NCBI GenBank assembly: GCA_009914755.4
Contig: CP068257.2
Location: 12,640,001-12,704,000 of the forward strand
DNA from: the human T2T-CHM13v2.0 reference genome, Homo sapiens
Direction of reading: 5' to 3'
Length of the DNA stretch: 64,000 nt
A program made the translations under genes and the position numbers. Under the pieces are notes generated by a model that was not told the DNA's origin, made no database searches, and worked only from the letters and a program-made list of their open reading frames with translations. This document shows positions 27,696 to 40,730 of this stretch, piece by piece. Numbering within the stretch: position 1 is the first letter of the stretch; every line of letters begins with the position of its first letter.

Positions 27696-29342
27696 TCATA
27701 AAGATCTTGGACTGCTTCTCCTTGTCTATTATCTTAGTATTTTTATACTGTCTCATGGCTTTACTTTCCGTACACTAATATGTCCAAGTTAATCTCTCTA
27801 GTCTGGATCTCTCCTCTGAACTCCAGGGTTGAACCGGCAGCTGACCCTCTCAGCATCTCCCCTCTAACATCTAAATGACATCTCCAATTTACATGTCGCA
27901 CACAGGATTCTTGATTTTCCTTCAGCACACACAAACCTGTCCCACATGTGATTTTTTCCACCTTAGCTAATGGCAATGTCATTCTTCCAGTTGCTCAGGT
28001 AAAAAATATCTTGCAGTCATCTAGACCCTTCTTATTCTACATCAAATCTATAATCAAATCCCATTGGCTCGATCTTCAAAATATATCCAAGAATCCAGAA
28101 TTCACCCACTACTCATCACCTTCACAGCTGCCCCCTCTGTCCAATCAGGATTATTTCTCACTTGCCATTATTGTAACTGCCTGCTTATAGGCCTTCCTGC
28201 TGCCATCTTACCCCATACAGGCTATTTGCAACATAGTATACAGAGAGTTTCTTTTATAAATGTAAGTCAGAGCATATCGCTCTTCTGCCCAAAACTTCCA
28301 AAAGATTCACCTCTCAGAGAAAAATCTCATGTCCTTACACTGACTTGTAAAATCCTACAGGACCTGGACCTGTTTACCTTTCTGATCTCAGAACCCTAGG
28401 AAGTTCACCCTTCATAACTCTTTCCAGCAACACTGACCATTTTCTGTTCCTGGAATAGCCAGGCATGCCCCTACTTCAAGGCCTTTGCATTTCTGATTCA
28501 CTGCATAAAGTAGACTTTGTTCAGATAAACATATGGCTTGCATATCCGCCTTCTGTTGGTGTTTGCTTAAATGTCATCTCATCAATGAAGACTTGCTTAT
28601 CCACCCTATTTCATATCTCAACACTTCCTACTCCTTTCCCAGCTTTACTTTGTCATAAGTCTTATTAATTTCCATAAGATTGGGAAATTTACTTGTTCGT
28701 TTTTTATTTTGTCTTCCTCCTAACTCTATATTATAAGGTTTTATAAGGGCAGGATTTTTTGTTATTTGTTCCATTGCCATCAGCTAGAACACCAAATGGC
28801 ACATACATAAGTATTTGTTGAAAGGGTGGATAAATAACTAGAGACTGAAAGAACACTGAAAAGTCTTCTGATCCATCATTTCTTTTATTTTTTGGCCATT
28901 GAGACTTAATATATTTCATTTAAATGAGTATAATTTTTTAAGTCTCCAAGAAAAGCTAATCCAGAAGCACTGAAACATACTTTGAAATCCATTTGCTATG
29001 GGGTATACATATCTCTGAATCCTAAAGAGCATATTTGCCTGTGTATAGTATCACTATGCACTCAGTAAATAGCTTAAGAAAAGCTTAAAATGTAAAAATT
29101 AATAAATATTGTTGTAAACTTAATCATTCCCTTTCCCCTACAGTAAATCAATTTTCCTTATTTATAAGATCACTGTTAATATAATATCTAAATTGAACCT
29201 CTTGAAATTTCTGTAAGCCAATTTTGGGAAACCATTCCTTCTTTTTCTCCCTAAAAAAAGAATTCCAGTCCCTATAAATATTTGTTTACAAAATTGTTTT
29301 TTTAAAAAATTATAAGTTGCAGCAGCTCAAATAAAGAATACA

Positions 29343-29460
29343 GCAGAGCATGGTGCTGCACGCCTATAGTTCCAGCTACTAGGAGGTCAAACTGGGAGGA
29401 TCCATTGAGCTCAGGAGTCTGAAACCAGCCTGGGCAACATAGCAAGACTCTTGTCTCAAA
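29343..29460 (+). mobile_element. Partial Alu (right-arm-like fragment), followed by a purine-rich simple repeat.
   Basis: gcatggtgctgcacgcctatagttccagctactaggaggtcaaactgggaggatccattgagctcaggagtctgaaaccagcctgggcaacatagcaagactcttgtctc. Confidence 0.6.
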
Positions 29461-29585
29461 ACAAATGAAAGGGAGGAAGAAAGGAAAGGAGGAAGAAAGA
29501 AACAGAGAGAAAGAAAGAAAGAAAGACGAGAGAAGAGAGAAGAGGAGGGGAGGGGAGGGGAGGGGAGGGGAGGGGAGGGTCCAGG
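29461..29585. repeat. (GAAA)n/(GGAGGG)n purine-rich simple repeat.
   Basis: Contains gaaagaaagaaag and ggaggggaggggaggggagggg. Confidence 0.85.
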
Positions 29586-32500
29586 GCAAGATGACCAGAT
29601 GACCCAATAGGAAAAGCTCTGGTCTGCAGCTCCCAATGAGACCAATGCAGAAGGCAGGTGATTTCTGCATTTCTCACTGAGGTACCTGGCTCATCTCACT
29701 GGGACTGCTTAGACAGTGAGTCCAGCCCACAGAGGGCACGCAGAAGCAGGGTGGGGCATTGCCTCACCTGGGAAGTGCAAGGGGTTGGGGAAATCCCTCC
29801 CCTAGCCAAGGGAAGCCAGGAGGGACTGTGCCATGAGGAACGGTGCACTCCAGCCCAGATATTATGCTTTTCCCATGGTTTTCACAGCCCACAGACCAGA
29901 AGATTCCCTCAGGTGTCTATACCACCAGGGCCCTGGGTTTTAAGTACAAACCTGGGCAGCTGTTTGGGCAGACACCCAGTTAGCTGCAGGAGTTGTTTTT
30001 TTTTTTTCCGTACACCAGTGGCGCCTGGAACACCAACGAGACAGAACTGTTCCCTCCCCTGGAAAGGGGGCTGAAGCCAGGGAGCCAAGTGGTCTTGCTC
30101 AGCAGATCCCTCTTCCACGGAGCCCAGCAAGCTAAGATCCACTGGCTTGAAATTCTCACTGCCAGCACAGCAGTCAGAAGTTGACCTGGGATGCTTAAGC
30201 TTGGTGGGAGGAGGAGCTTCTGCCATTACTGAGGCTTGAGTAGGTGGTTTTCCCCTCACAGTGTAAACAAAGCTGTGGGGAAGTTCAAATGGGAGGAACC
30301 CACCTCAGGGCTACAAAGTCACTGTAGCCTGATTGCCTCTCTAGATTCCTCCTGTCTGAGCAGGGCATCTCTGAAAGAAAGGCAGCAGCCCCAGTCAGGG
30401 GCTTATAGATAAAATTCCCATCTCCCTTGGACAGAGCACCTGGGGGAAGGGGCAGCTGTGGGCGCAGCTTCAGCAGACTAAAACTTTCCTGCTTGTCAGC
30501 TCTGAAGATCTCCCAGAACAGTTCTCGAGCTCTACTAAGGGACAGACTGCCTCCTCAAGTGGGTCTCTGGCCTCCATGCCTCCTGACTGGAGACACCTTC
30601 CAGCAGGAGTCAACAGACACCTCATATAGGACAGTTCTGGCTGACATCTGGCAGGTCCCCCTCTGGGACAAAGCTTCCAGAGAAAGGAGCAGGCAGCAGT
30701 CTTTGCTGTTCTGCAGCCTCTGCTGGTGATACCCAGGAAAATAGGGTCTGGAATGGACCTCCAGCAAACTCCAGCAGACCTGCAGAAGAGGGGCCTGACT
30801 GTTAGAAGGAAAGCTAACAAACAGAAAGCAATAACATCAACATCAACAAAAAGGACAACCACAACAAAACCCCATCCACAGGTCATCAGCATCAAAGATC
30901 AAAAGTAGATAAATCCATGAAGATGAGGAAAAACCAGCGTTGAAAATTCCAAAAACCAGAATTCCTCTTCCCCTCCAAAGGATCACAACTCCTCGCCAGT
31001 AAGGGAACAAAACTGGATGGAGAATTAGTTTGATGAATTGACTGAAGTAGGCTTCAGAAGGTGGGTAATAACAAACTGCTCTGAGCTAAAGGAGCATGTT
31101 CTAACCCAGTGCAAGGAAGCTAAGAACCTTGATAAAAGGTTACAGGAACTGCTAACTTGAATAAACAGTTTAGAGAAAAACATAAATGACCTGATGGAGC
31201 TGAAAAACACAGCACAGGAACTTCATGAAGCATACACAAGTATCAATAGCTGAATCCATCAAGCGGAAGAAAGGATATCAGAGATTGAAGATCAACTTAA
31301 TGAAATAAAGCATGAAGACAAGATTAGAGAAAAAAGAAGGAAAATGAATGAACAAAGCCTCCAAGAAATATGAGACTATGTGAAAAGACCAAACCTATGT
31401 TTGTTTGGTGTACCTAAAAGTGATGGGGAGAATGGAACCAAGTTGGAAAACACACTTCAGGCTGTTATCCAAGAGAACTTCCCCAACCTAGCAGGACAGG
31501 CCAACATTCAAATTCAGGAAATACAGAGAACACCACAAAGATACTCCTCAAGAAAAGCAATACCAAGACACATAATCTTCAGATTCACCAAGGTTAAAAG
31601 AAAGAAAAAATGTTAAGGGCAGTCAGAGAAAAAGTTCAGGTTACCTACAAAGGGAAGGCCATCAGACTGTCAGTGGGTCTCTCTGCAGAAACCCTACAAG
31701 CCAGAAGAGAGTGGGGAATCAATATTAAACATTCTAAAAGAAAAGAATTTTCAACCCAGAATTTTATATCCAGCCAAACTAAGCTTCATAAGTGAAGGAG
31801 AAATAAAATCCTTTACAGACAAGCAAATGCTCAGGGATTTTGTCACCACCAGGCCTGCCTTACCAGAGTTCCTGAAGGAAGTGCTAAATATTCAAAGGAA
31901 AAACTGGTACCAGCCACTGCAAAAACATACCAAAATGTAAAGACCATCAACACTATGAAGAAATTGCATCAACTAATGTGTAAAATAATCAACTAGCATC
32001 ATAATGACAGGATCAAATTCACACATAACAATATTAACCTTAAATATAAATGAGCTAAATGGCCCAATTAAAAGACACAGACTGGCAAACTGAATAAAGA
32101 GTCAAGACCCATTGGGGTGCTGTATTCAGGAGACCCATCTCATGTGCAAAGACACACATGGGCTCAAAATAAAGGGATGGAGGAATATTTACCAAGCAAA
32201 TGGAAAGCAAAAAAAAAAAACAAAAAAAAAAGGGTTTGCCATTCCTAGTCCCTGATAAAACAGACTTTAAACCAACAAATATCAAGATCAAAAAGACAAA
32301 GAAGGACATTAAATAATGGTAAAGGGATCAATGCAACAAGAAGAGCTAACTATCCTAAATATATATGCATCTAATACAGGAGCACCCAGATTCATAAAGC
32401 AAGTTCTTAGAGACCTACAAAGAGACTTAGACTCCCACACAGTAATAGTGGGAGACTTTAACACCCCATGTCAATATTAGACAGATCAATGAGACAGAAA

Positions 32501-35035
32501 ATTAACAAGGATATTCAGGACTTGAACTCAGCCCTGGACCAAGCGGACCTAATAGACATCTACATAACTCTCCACCTCAGATCAATAGAATATACATTCT
32601 TCTCAGCACCACATCACACTTATTCTAAAACTGACCACATAATTGGAAGTAAAACACTCCTCAGCAAATGCAAAAGAACGGAAGTCATAACAGTTTCTCA
32701 GACCACAGTGCAATCAAATTAGAACTCAGGATTAAGAAACTCACTCTAAACAGTAGAACTACATGAAAACTGAACAACCTGCTCCTGAATGACTACTGGG
32801 TAAATAGTGAAATTAAGGCAGAAACAAATAAGTTCTCTGAAATCAATGAGAACAAAGACAAAACATACCAGAATACCTGGGACACAGCTAAAGCAGTGTT
32901 TACAGGGAAATTTACAGTGCTAAATGCCAACAGGAGAAAGCGGGAAAGATCTAAAATCGACACCCTGACATTGCAATTAAAAGAACTGGAGAAGAAAGAA
33001 CAAACAAATTCAAAAGGTAGCAGAAGACAAGAAATAACTAAGATCAGAGCAGAACTAAAGGAGATAGAGACACGAAACACCCTTCAAAAAAATCAGTGAA
33101 TCCAGGAGCTGGTTTTTTGAAAAGATTAACAAAATTGATAGACCACTAGACAGACGAATAAAGAAGAAAAGAGAGAAGAATCAAATAGATGCAATAAAAA
33201 GTGTTAAAGGTAATGTCACGACTGATCCCACAGAAATACAAATTACCATCATAGAATACTATAAACACCTCTATGCAAATAAACTAGAAAATCTAGAAGA
33301 AATGGATAAATTCCTGGACACATACACCCTCCCAAGACAAAACCAGGAAGACGTAAAATCCCTGAATAGACCAATAACAAGTTCTGAAATTGAGGCAGTG
33401 ATTAATAGCCTACCAACCAAAAAAAGCCCAGGACCAGACGGATTCACAGCCGAGTTCTACCAGAAGTACAAAGAGGAGTTGGCACCATTCCTTGTGAAAC
33501 TATTCCAAACAATGGAAAAAGAGGGAATCCTCCCTAACTCATTTTATGAGGCCAGCATCATCCAGATACCAAAGTCTGGCAGAGACACAACAAAAAAAGA
33601 AAATTTCAGGCCAATATCCCTGATGAACATAACGTGAAAACCCTCAATAAAATACTGGCAAAACAAATACAGCAGCACGTCAAAAAGCTTATCCACCATG
33701 ATCAAGTCAGCTCCATCCCTGAGATGCAAGGCTGGTTCAACACACAAAAATTAATAAACATAATCCATCACATAAAGAGAACCAATGACAAAAACCACAT
33801 GATTATCTCAATAGATGCAGAAAAGGCCTTTGATACAATTCAACAGCCATTCATGCTAAAAACACTCAATAAACTAGGTATTGATGGAACATATCTCAAA
33901 ATAATAAGAGCTATTTTTTACAAACTCACAGCCAATATACTGAATGGGCAAAAGCTGGAAGCATTTCCTTTGAAAACTGGCACAAGACAAGGATGCCCTC
34001 TCTCACCACTCCTATTCAAAATAGTATTGGAAGTTCTGGCCAGGTCAGTCAAGAGAAAGAAATAAAGGGTATCAAATAGGAAGAGAAGAAGTCAGATTGT
34101 CTCTGTTTGCAGAATATGTGATTCTATATTTAGAAAACCCCATCATCTCAGCCCAAAAACTCCTTAAGCTGATAAGCAACTTCAACAAAGTCTCGGGATA
34201 CAAAATCAATGTGCACAAATCACAAACATTCCTATACACCAATAATAGACAAAAAGAGAGCCAAATCATGAGCAAACTCCCATTCACAATTGCTACAGAG
34301 TGAATAAAATACCTAGGAATACAACTTACAAGGCATGTGAAGGACCTCTTCAAGGACAACTATAAACCATTGCTCAAGAAAATAAGAGAAGATACAAACA
34401 AACGGAAAAATATTCCATGCTCACGGATAGGAAGAATCAATATTGTGAAAATGGCCATACTGCCCAAGGAATTTATAGATTCAGTGCTATCCCCATCAAG
34501 CTACCATTGACTTTCTTCATAGAATTAGGAAAAACTACTTTAAATTTCACATGGAACCAAAAAAGAGCCCATATAGCCAAGACAATCCTAAGCAAAAAGA
34601 ACAAAGCTGGAGGCAGCACACTACCTGACTTCAAACTATACTACAAGGCCACACTAACCCAAACAGCATATAAAAACCATGGAACAGAACTGAGTCCTCA
34701 GAAATAACACCACATATCTACAACCATCTGATCTTTGACAAACCTGACAAAAACAAGCAATGGGGAAAGGATTCCCTATTTAAGAAATGGTTTTGGGAAA
34801 ACTGGCTAGCCATATGCAGAAAGCTGAAACTGGACCCCTTCCTTACACCTTATACAAAAATTAACTCAAGTTGGATTAAAGACTTAAACATAAGACCTAA
34901 AACCATAAAAACCCTAGAAGAAAACCTCGGCAATACAATTCAGGACATAGGCATGGGCGAGGACTTTATGAGTAAAACACCAAAAGCAATGTCAACAAAA
35001 GCCAAAATTGACAAATGGAATCTAATAAGAAGAAA
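29572..35035 (+). mobile_element. Near full-length L1 (older L1PA/L1PB-like). It has a long 5'UTR, ORF1 starting near 30917 and ORF2 starting near 32004. Both ORFs are disrupted by stops and frameshifts. The 3' end is truncated into a (GGAA)n repeat.
   Basis: The 5'UTR reads ...ggcaagatgaccagatgacccaataggaaaagctctggtctgcagctcccaatgagacc.... ORF1-like segments are atgaagatgaggaaaaaccagcg... and ...gaccaaacctatgtttgtttggtgtacctaaaagtgatggggagaatggaaccaagttggaaaacac. ORF2-like segments are atgacaggatcaaattcacacataacaatattaacc, the RT domain YIDADKAF-like [13 protein letters not shown], and ...cagggcaatgggaaaggattccctatttaa.... Confidence 0.9.
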
Positions 35036-35276
35036 GAAAGAGAGAAATAAATAAATAAATAAATAAATAAGGGAAGGAGGGAGGGAGGGAGGGAGGAAGG
35101 AAGGAAGAAAGAAAGAAAAAAGAAGGAAGGAAGGAAGCAAAGAAAAAGGAAGGAAGAGAAAGAGAGAAAGAGGAAGGAAGGAAGAAGGGAAGGAAGGAAG
35201 GAAAGAGGGAAGGAAGGGAGGGAAGGATGGAGGGAGGGAGGGAAGGAGGAGGGAGAAAAGAATACTTTGGTAAGAT
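35036..35276. repeat. (AAAT)n/(GGAA)n/(GGGA)n simple repeat abutting the L1 3' truncation.
   Basis: aaataaataaataaataaataagggaaggagggagggagggagggaggaaggaagg... Confidence 0.85.
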
Positions 35277-35560
35277 CACCTCAGGTCCAATATGTCATAT
35301 TTTTATCAACACAACCCAGAGTCAAACCGACTTTTTAAAGAATAAACTAAATTTTTCAAATAAGAGATTTCAAACAACTAAACAAATCACATTTTATCTT
35401 ATGTTTGAGAAGCCTATTATAATTTTTCCAATTACTTGGCTATACTGGTTTATTATTTTCTATTCTCTCTCTCATTTTTTATCTGCTTTATTGTTTGGTA
35501 AGATAATATTACATAAAGAGAGTTTTCCTGACTTTTCAATCTAAATTTCTATTTTTTTCA

Positions 35561-36022
<462 letters not shown>

Positions 36023-37644
36023 TCATGAAAAGGCTCATGGGAAAACTGTCTAGCTGCCTATCAGGAGTATGTTCAAAAGAAGGAGTAGGGGGGTTGAACC
36101 AAATAATTTCTGAAAAATTTTCCCCTCAAAGTTTAAGAATTAGAGTTAGTTTAATGACATTATTTTTCTAGCAGAACTAAAATATTTATTTCAAGCTGTT
36201 TCCACATTTTTTTCTAAATTTATATTATGCCTATTAATTACTTTCTTAAATCTCTGTCACTGTCTTCCCTGAATAAAATAAACTGGAAATTTTACTTTAC
36301 TACCTAGGCTGCCCCCTTTTGTCTTTCATGCGCAACACTGAATCACTTTTGTCTTCCCATATGTACTCCACACTTTGTTTTTGGGCTTAGCTCAGAGACA
36401 ATGGTTTCAATATGATGATTTTACATATTTTATACAAAATATGTAAATGGACATTGTGCCAATTTTCCTGAGAATTTCTCAAGGACAGAACAAGACTCAT
36501 GTTTAAAATTTCTCTACCAAGATTAAATAATTTCTCTCTTAAAAGACTCAAATAAAGCCTGTTATTCAAAACAAAGTGCCTAGAACCAAATGCAAGGTAT
36601 TTTTTTTGTGAAAAAATGATGAATAACATTTTTGTTTGAAAAAGCAATACCTTTCTATATAGTATCCAATAAATTATTGGTTTTCGTTAGTTATATCTAA
36701 TTAGGAAGGCTTAATTCCCTTTTAACAGTTGGATTTCATAGCATTTTATGTCCAGCTACATTAAGAATTAATTTTTTGGCTTGGCACCAATGCTAAATTT
36801 GCTTATCCAAAGAGAAGCCATGCCAGCAGCTTGAAGGATGATGACAGTAATTAACCCAAATCATATACCAGTAGCTATTCCAATGAAAGTGTCTGTTAAA
36901 TAGTGTATCTTTCTCTGATGCTGAGGCTGATCCTACAAAGGACATGCACTGCAACCTCCCACAGAATGTTTCTGGATACTCGTTCCAGAGATAGGAAGGG
37001 AAGAACTACCAGGCTGTCCAAATAAGGCGTTTCTTATTCTGAAAAATACAATGGAAACCATGAAGAAATGGGGGTTTCTCATAATCTGCTGAGAGGTGTG
37101 TACATCAGTTCAGCATTTCTAGAGGTCAGTTTAATAGTGGATACATCAAATGACTTGTAATTGATCATGTCGCATGTTATCGTGTATGGGAATTTAGTAC
37201 AAGAGGCAATAAAAGATGTATGAAAAGAATGGTCACTATAGCAATAAAGTAGGAAAAAAAAATACAACCACTATAAGCATTGACTTTGTTAAATAAATCA
37301 TATCACGGTAAAATGATAAAATATTATGTTATAAAATATAGTGGTGTTATAGAAGAATATGTTTTTTATAAATTGGGTTATAACTGTGTAATTTTCTTAA
37401 AAAAGTATGAACTGGTTATAGAACAACATTATCAATATTATTAATATTGACAATCATATTAATAATTACAATATTGACCTATATCAATATAAGAGCAATA
37501 GTAATATAAGTTATATCTTATACACATTATATAATATAACATAATATAAGAGCAACATTAACAATATTATCATATCACACACAAAGAGAGGCAAGACTAC
37601 TGAAATATTCACAAGCGTGTTACCACAGATTGTCTCTGAAATGT

Positions 37645-37745
37645 AGGATTGTAAATCTTTTCTTCTCCTTCTTTTCCTCTTCTCCATCTTTTATCCTTTT
37701 CCTCCTCCTTCTCCTCCTCCTTTCTTCTCACTTTTCTTCTTGCTG
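37645..37745. repeat. About 100 bp of CT-rich polypyrimidine on the plus strand (polypurine on the minus strand).
   Basis: cttttcttctccttcttttcctcttctccatcttttatccttttcctcctccttctcctcctcctttcttctcacttttcttcttgc. Confidence 0.8.
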
Positions 37746-38724
37746 TTTGTTATTTTCTAAATATTTATCCAATGATATGATTTCAGAAATATTTAGAAGA
37801 CGAAATTGACAAATACTTGGTGAATAGATGGAAATGTCCCATGATCAAGACAGAGGAAGTGTTGTGGCTCCTTGCAAAGCCAGAGAAAACACTAGGGGAG
37901 AGAGGAAAGTAACTGGCTCAGTTAAGGTTGTCTATGATAGAAACAAGCAAAGAAATAAAGTAGATGTCAAGAAAGCATTTGACACATGGATCTGGAGCTC
38001 AGGGAAAAGCTATGGACTGGAGATACCAATTTGAAAATCATCCACAAAGAATCAGGTTATTGAAACTATGGGAGTGGATGAGATTGCTCAGGATAGTGTG
38101 AAGCATACAAAGGAAATAATTCCTAGAACTGAGCCCGAGGAAACATAAACATTGGAGGGAAGACAGAGAAAGGAACCTAAAGAGAAACTAACGGAGGGCC
38201 AGAAAGGTGGAAAGAATATGAAAGTACAGTGGTGAAAAGAAGTGAAGAAGGAGCCCTTTAAACAAGTGAGTGGTCAACAATATTAAATGTGATGAAGAGT
38301 TTAAGTGAAATAACTTTCAAAGTGTCTAATAGACACAGCAATAAGTAGTTTACTAGCACTCTTGATGGAAACAATTTCAACCAGGTGCCAAAAACTTTAA
38401 GGAGGAAAATGTGGTTTGACAGAAAAATATTTGGTTACAAAAGGGCAGCAAAAAGTAGGATGGTAACTGAATAAGGAGAATAACTGTTGTTGTTGTTATT
38501 GTTGTCGTTGTTTTGTGATGGTTTTAAAATGAGAAGAATGAGTTGTTTTCTGTCAGCTGATGAGAAGGAGTCAGTAGAAAGGAAGAAGGTGAAGATAAGA
38601 GAACAACTCAGTGTTTTTCAGACTTGCCTTAAGATATGATCCCTTTCTATCATTTGTTTAAAAGATAGATTTCTAGAGGAGAAGTCTTATAACCTGTATT
38701 TTTAACTGTCTGTGTTTGTTACAG

Positions 38725-38767
38725 GAGAGAATTGGGAAAGACTGGGTGGAATGCAATAAATGTAAAG
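38725..38767 (+). CDS. Candidate ABCC linker exon. Translation: (R)RELGKTGWNAINVK.
   Basis: Acceptor is tgtgtttgttacAG|g. Donor is AAG|gtttgg. It accepts phase 2 from the 26242 candidate and exits in phase 0, as the MSD2 exon at 40511 requires. The ending ...NVK|LKFSII resembles ABCC2 ...TGK|VKFSIY. Confidence 0.4.
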
Positions 38768-40510
38768 GTTTGGTGACTGACTTCCTTGTCTTCTGTTTCC
38801 TCCATGAAGTGGGATATGAGTCCCCTTCTGAGAGTCATGCAAGGATTTCTAGGCACTGTTAAGAACCCACGTAGAAAGAAGATGTTAAGTGACGGTAGAA
38901 CCAGTTTTCAGGGTTGCCTGATTTTTTGAAGCAGCACTTCACAGAAGTCGAGGTGACCAGGATTGACATGCAAGTTCTAAGAGACAGGTTAGAACTCACC
39001 TTTTCTTCATGGAAGAAAAGCAGGGAATGGGGGTTCAAAAATATTACCAAAGATTGCATGAAATGATAATCATGGAGAATGCAGGGAAAAGAGAGCGAAT
39101 ATAGGTTTGCCTGGGACTCAGGAATTCTCTAGAAGTTGGATAGTCAATGCTAAAACCAGGTAAATCTCAGGTAAAGCAGGATCATTGATTATCCAAGACA
39201 GCAAAGATGATAGAAGGCTAGATTTGGGAATCTAAGTAAAATAAAAACCAAATGTAGTGAGAATAACTGAATTTAAAACTTATAAATAGAAGAGATTGTG
39301 ATCAGAGATTGAAATACTTAGAGTTGGGTTTTCAGAGATGGGTTAGTTCTAAGTAATAAGATTCATGGTTTAAGGTCATGAAAGTTGATGGCCAAAGTGT
39401 GGTGCACATGCAGGACATGGAGCTATGAAGATCATGAAGCTGGAAAAGAGATTAAGTTTAATACAGTTTTTCATGTAATCTATGACATTACCCAGGGTGG
39501 TGGCAGAACAAAATGAGAAGAGTAACCGTGATGTTAGTTCATCTTCTGACATAGCAAGAAGTGAGTAGATGCCAGTCTAGGCCAGGATGAGAAGGGACAG
39601 AGTATGGTACAGCCAGATGGCATCAGTTTAAATGCTCTAAAGACTTGATTCGAGTTTAAGGGATAATTATTTAGAAGAAGCAGTTAAAAATAGACCACAA
39701 GCCCTGGCCCTAAATTATGTGGGATATGGTAGAATGAAGAGTATACCTCTGATAAGACCAAAAAGATGCAAAGTTATTATCGGGGAAAACCAAGTTGCTG
39801 TTAGAGTAAGGGAGTAGAGAACGATGCAACAAAATGGTTAAGGATGTATAATTTTTTTATGTTAGTTTCATGTAAAACCTAAAAAGCAAACATCGTCTTG
39901 CTTTATCAGGCCCTCATTGGATCAAGGAAAACAGCTCTCAATGAAAAAAGAAAAGATCCCTGTTGGTGGGGTAAGCACCAGAAGAACTAATGTTATTTGC
40001 TATTAACCACCTAAACATAAAATCTTACCTTGCATTATTGATAAATACTATAGATTTCTCATTTAATTTGAGGAGAATTGCTATATAATAGTTTGAGGAA
40101 GTTGAATGAAATGGAATTGTTGGTGGTTAGTTAGGATTACACGTTATTTAGTTATGTATATTCTTTTTCACTAATGAGAGCAACTAACATTAATTGAGAT
40201 TTTAAGGGTTCAGTACTGTGCTTGACACTCTACATATACTTATGTGGTGACTACTGTTCTTCTAATTAACAGGTGATTCATCTGAGGATTACAGGTGTTA
40301 GTGACTTGACCAAGATCACAAAGCTTAGGAAACGTCAGAATAGGGTTTAAATTGAGGTGTTACTTTAAAGTACATCTTTGAAATGCTGTATCTTACTACG
40401 TATTTAATTGATGCTAATCAGAAACTATCAATAAGGGAACTTATTCAGAAATGGCATGTCATGTTCCGGTATCTCTTGGTAATCTAATTTTATATCAATT
40501 TTGCCTTTAG

Positions 40511-40730
40511 TTGAAGTTCTCCATCATTCTGCAGTACCTCCAAGCCTTTGGCTGGCTCTGGGTGTGGCTGACTGTGGTCACTTACTTAGGGCAGAATTTG
40601 GTGAGCATTGGACAGAATCTATGGCTTAGTGCATGGGCAAAAGAAGCAAAAAACATGAATGAGTTCACAGAATGGAAGCAAATAAGAAGCAATAAACTTA
40701 ACATCTATGGATTATTGGGATTAATAAAAG
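40511..40730 (+). CDS. ABCC13: ABCC exon at the start of MSD2. Translation: LKFSIILQYLQAFGWLWVWLTVVTYLGQNLVSIGQNLWLSAWAKEAKNMNEFTEWKQIRSNKLNIYGLLGLIK, followed by 1 nt.
   Basis: Acceptor is ttgcctttAG|ttg. Donor is AAAAG|gtaaaa. The translation matches ABCC2 [47 protein letters not shown]...VYGALGLAQ. Confidence 0.85.

Noticed and set aside
31380-34707. Multiple ORFs of 60-143 aa on the plus strand.
   Set aside because: These are fragments of the L1 ORF1 and ORF2 reading frames, broken by frameshifts and stops. They are parts of the retrotransposon, not host genes.
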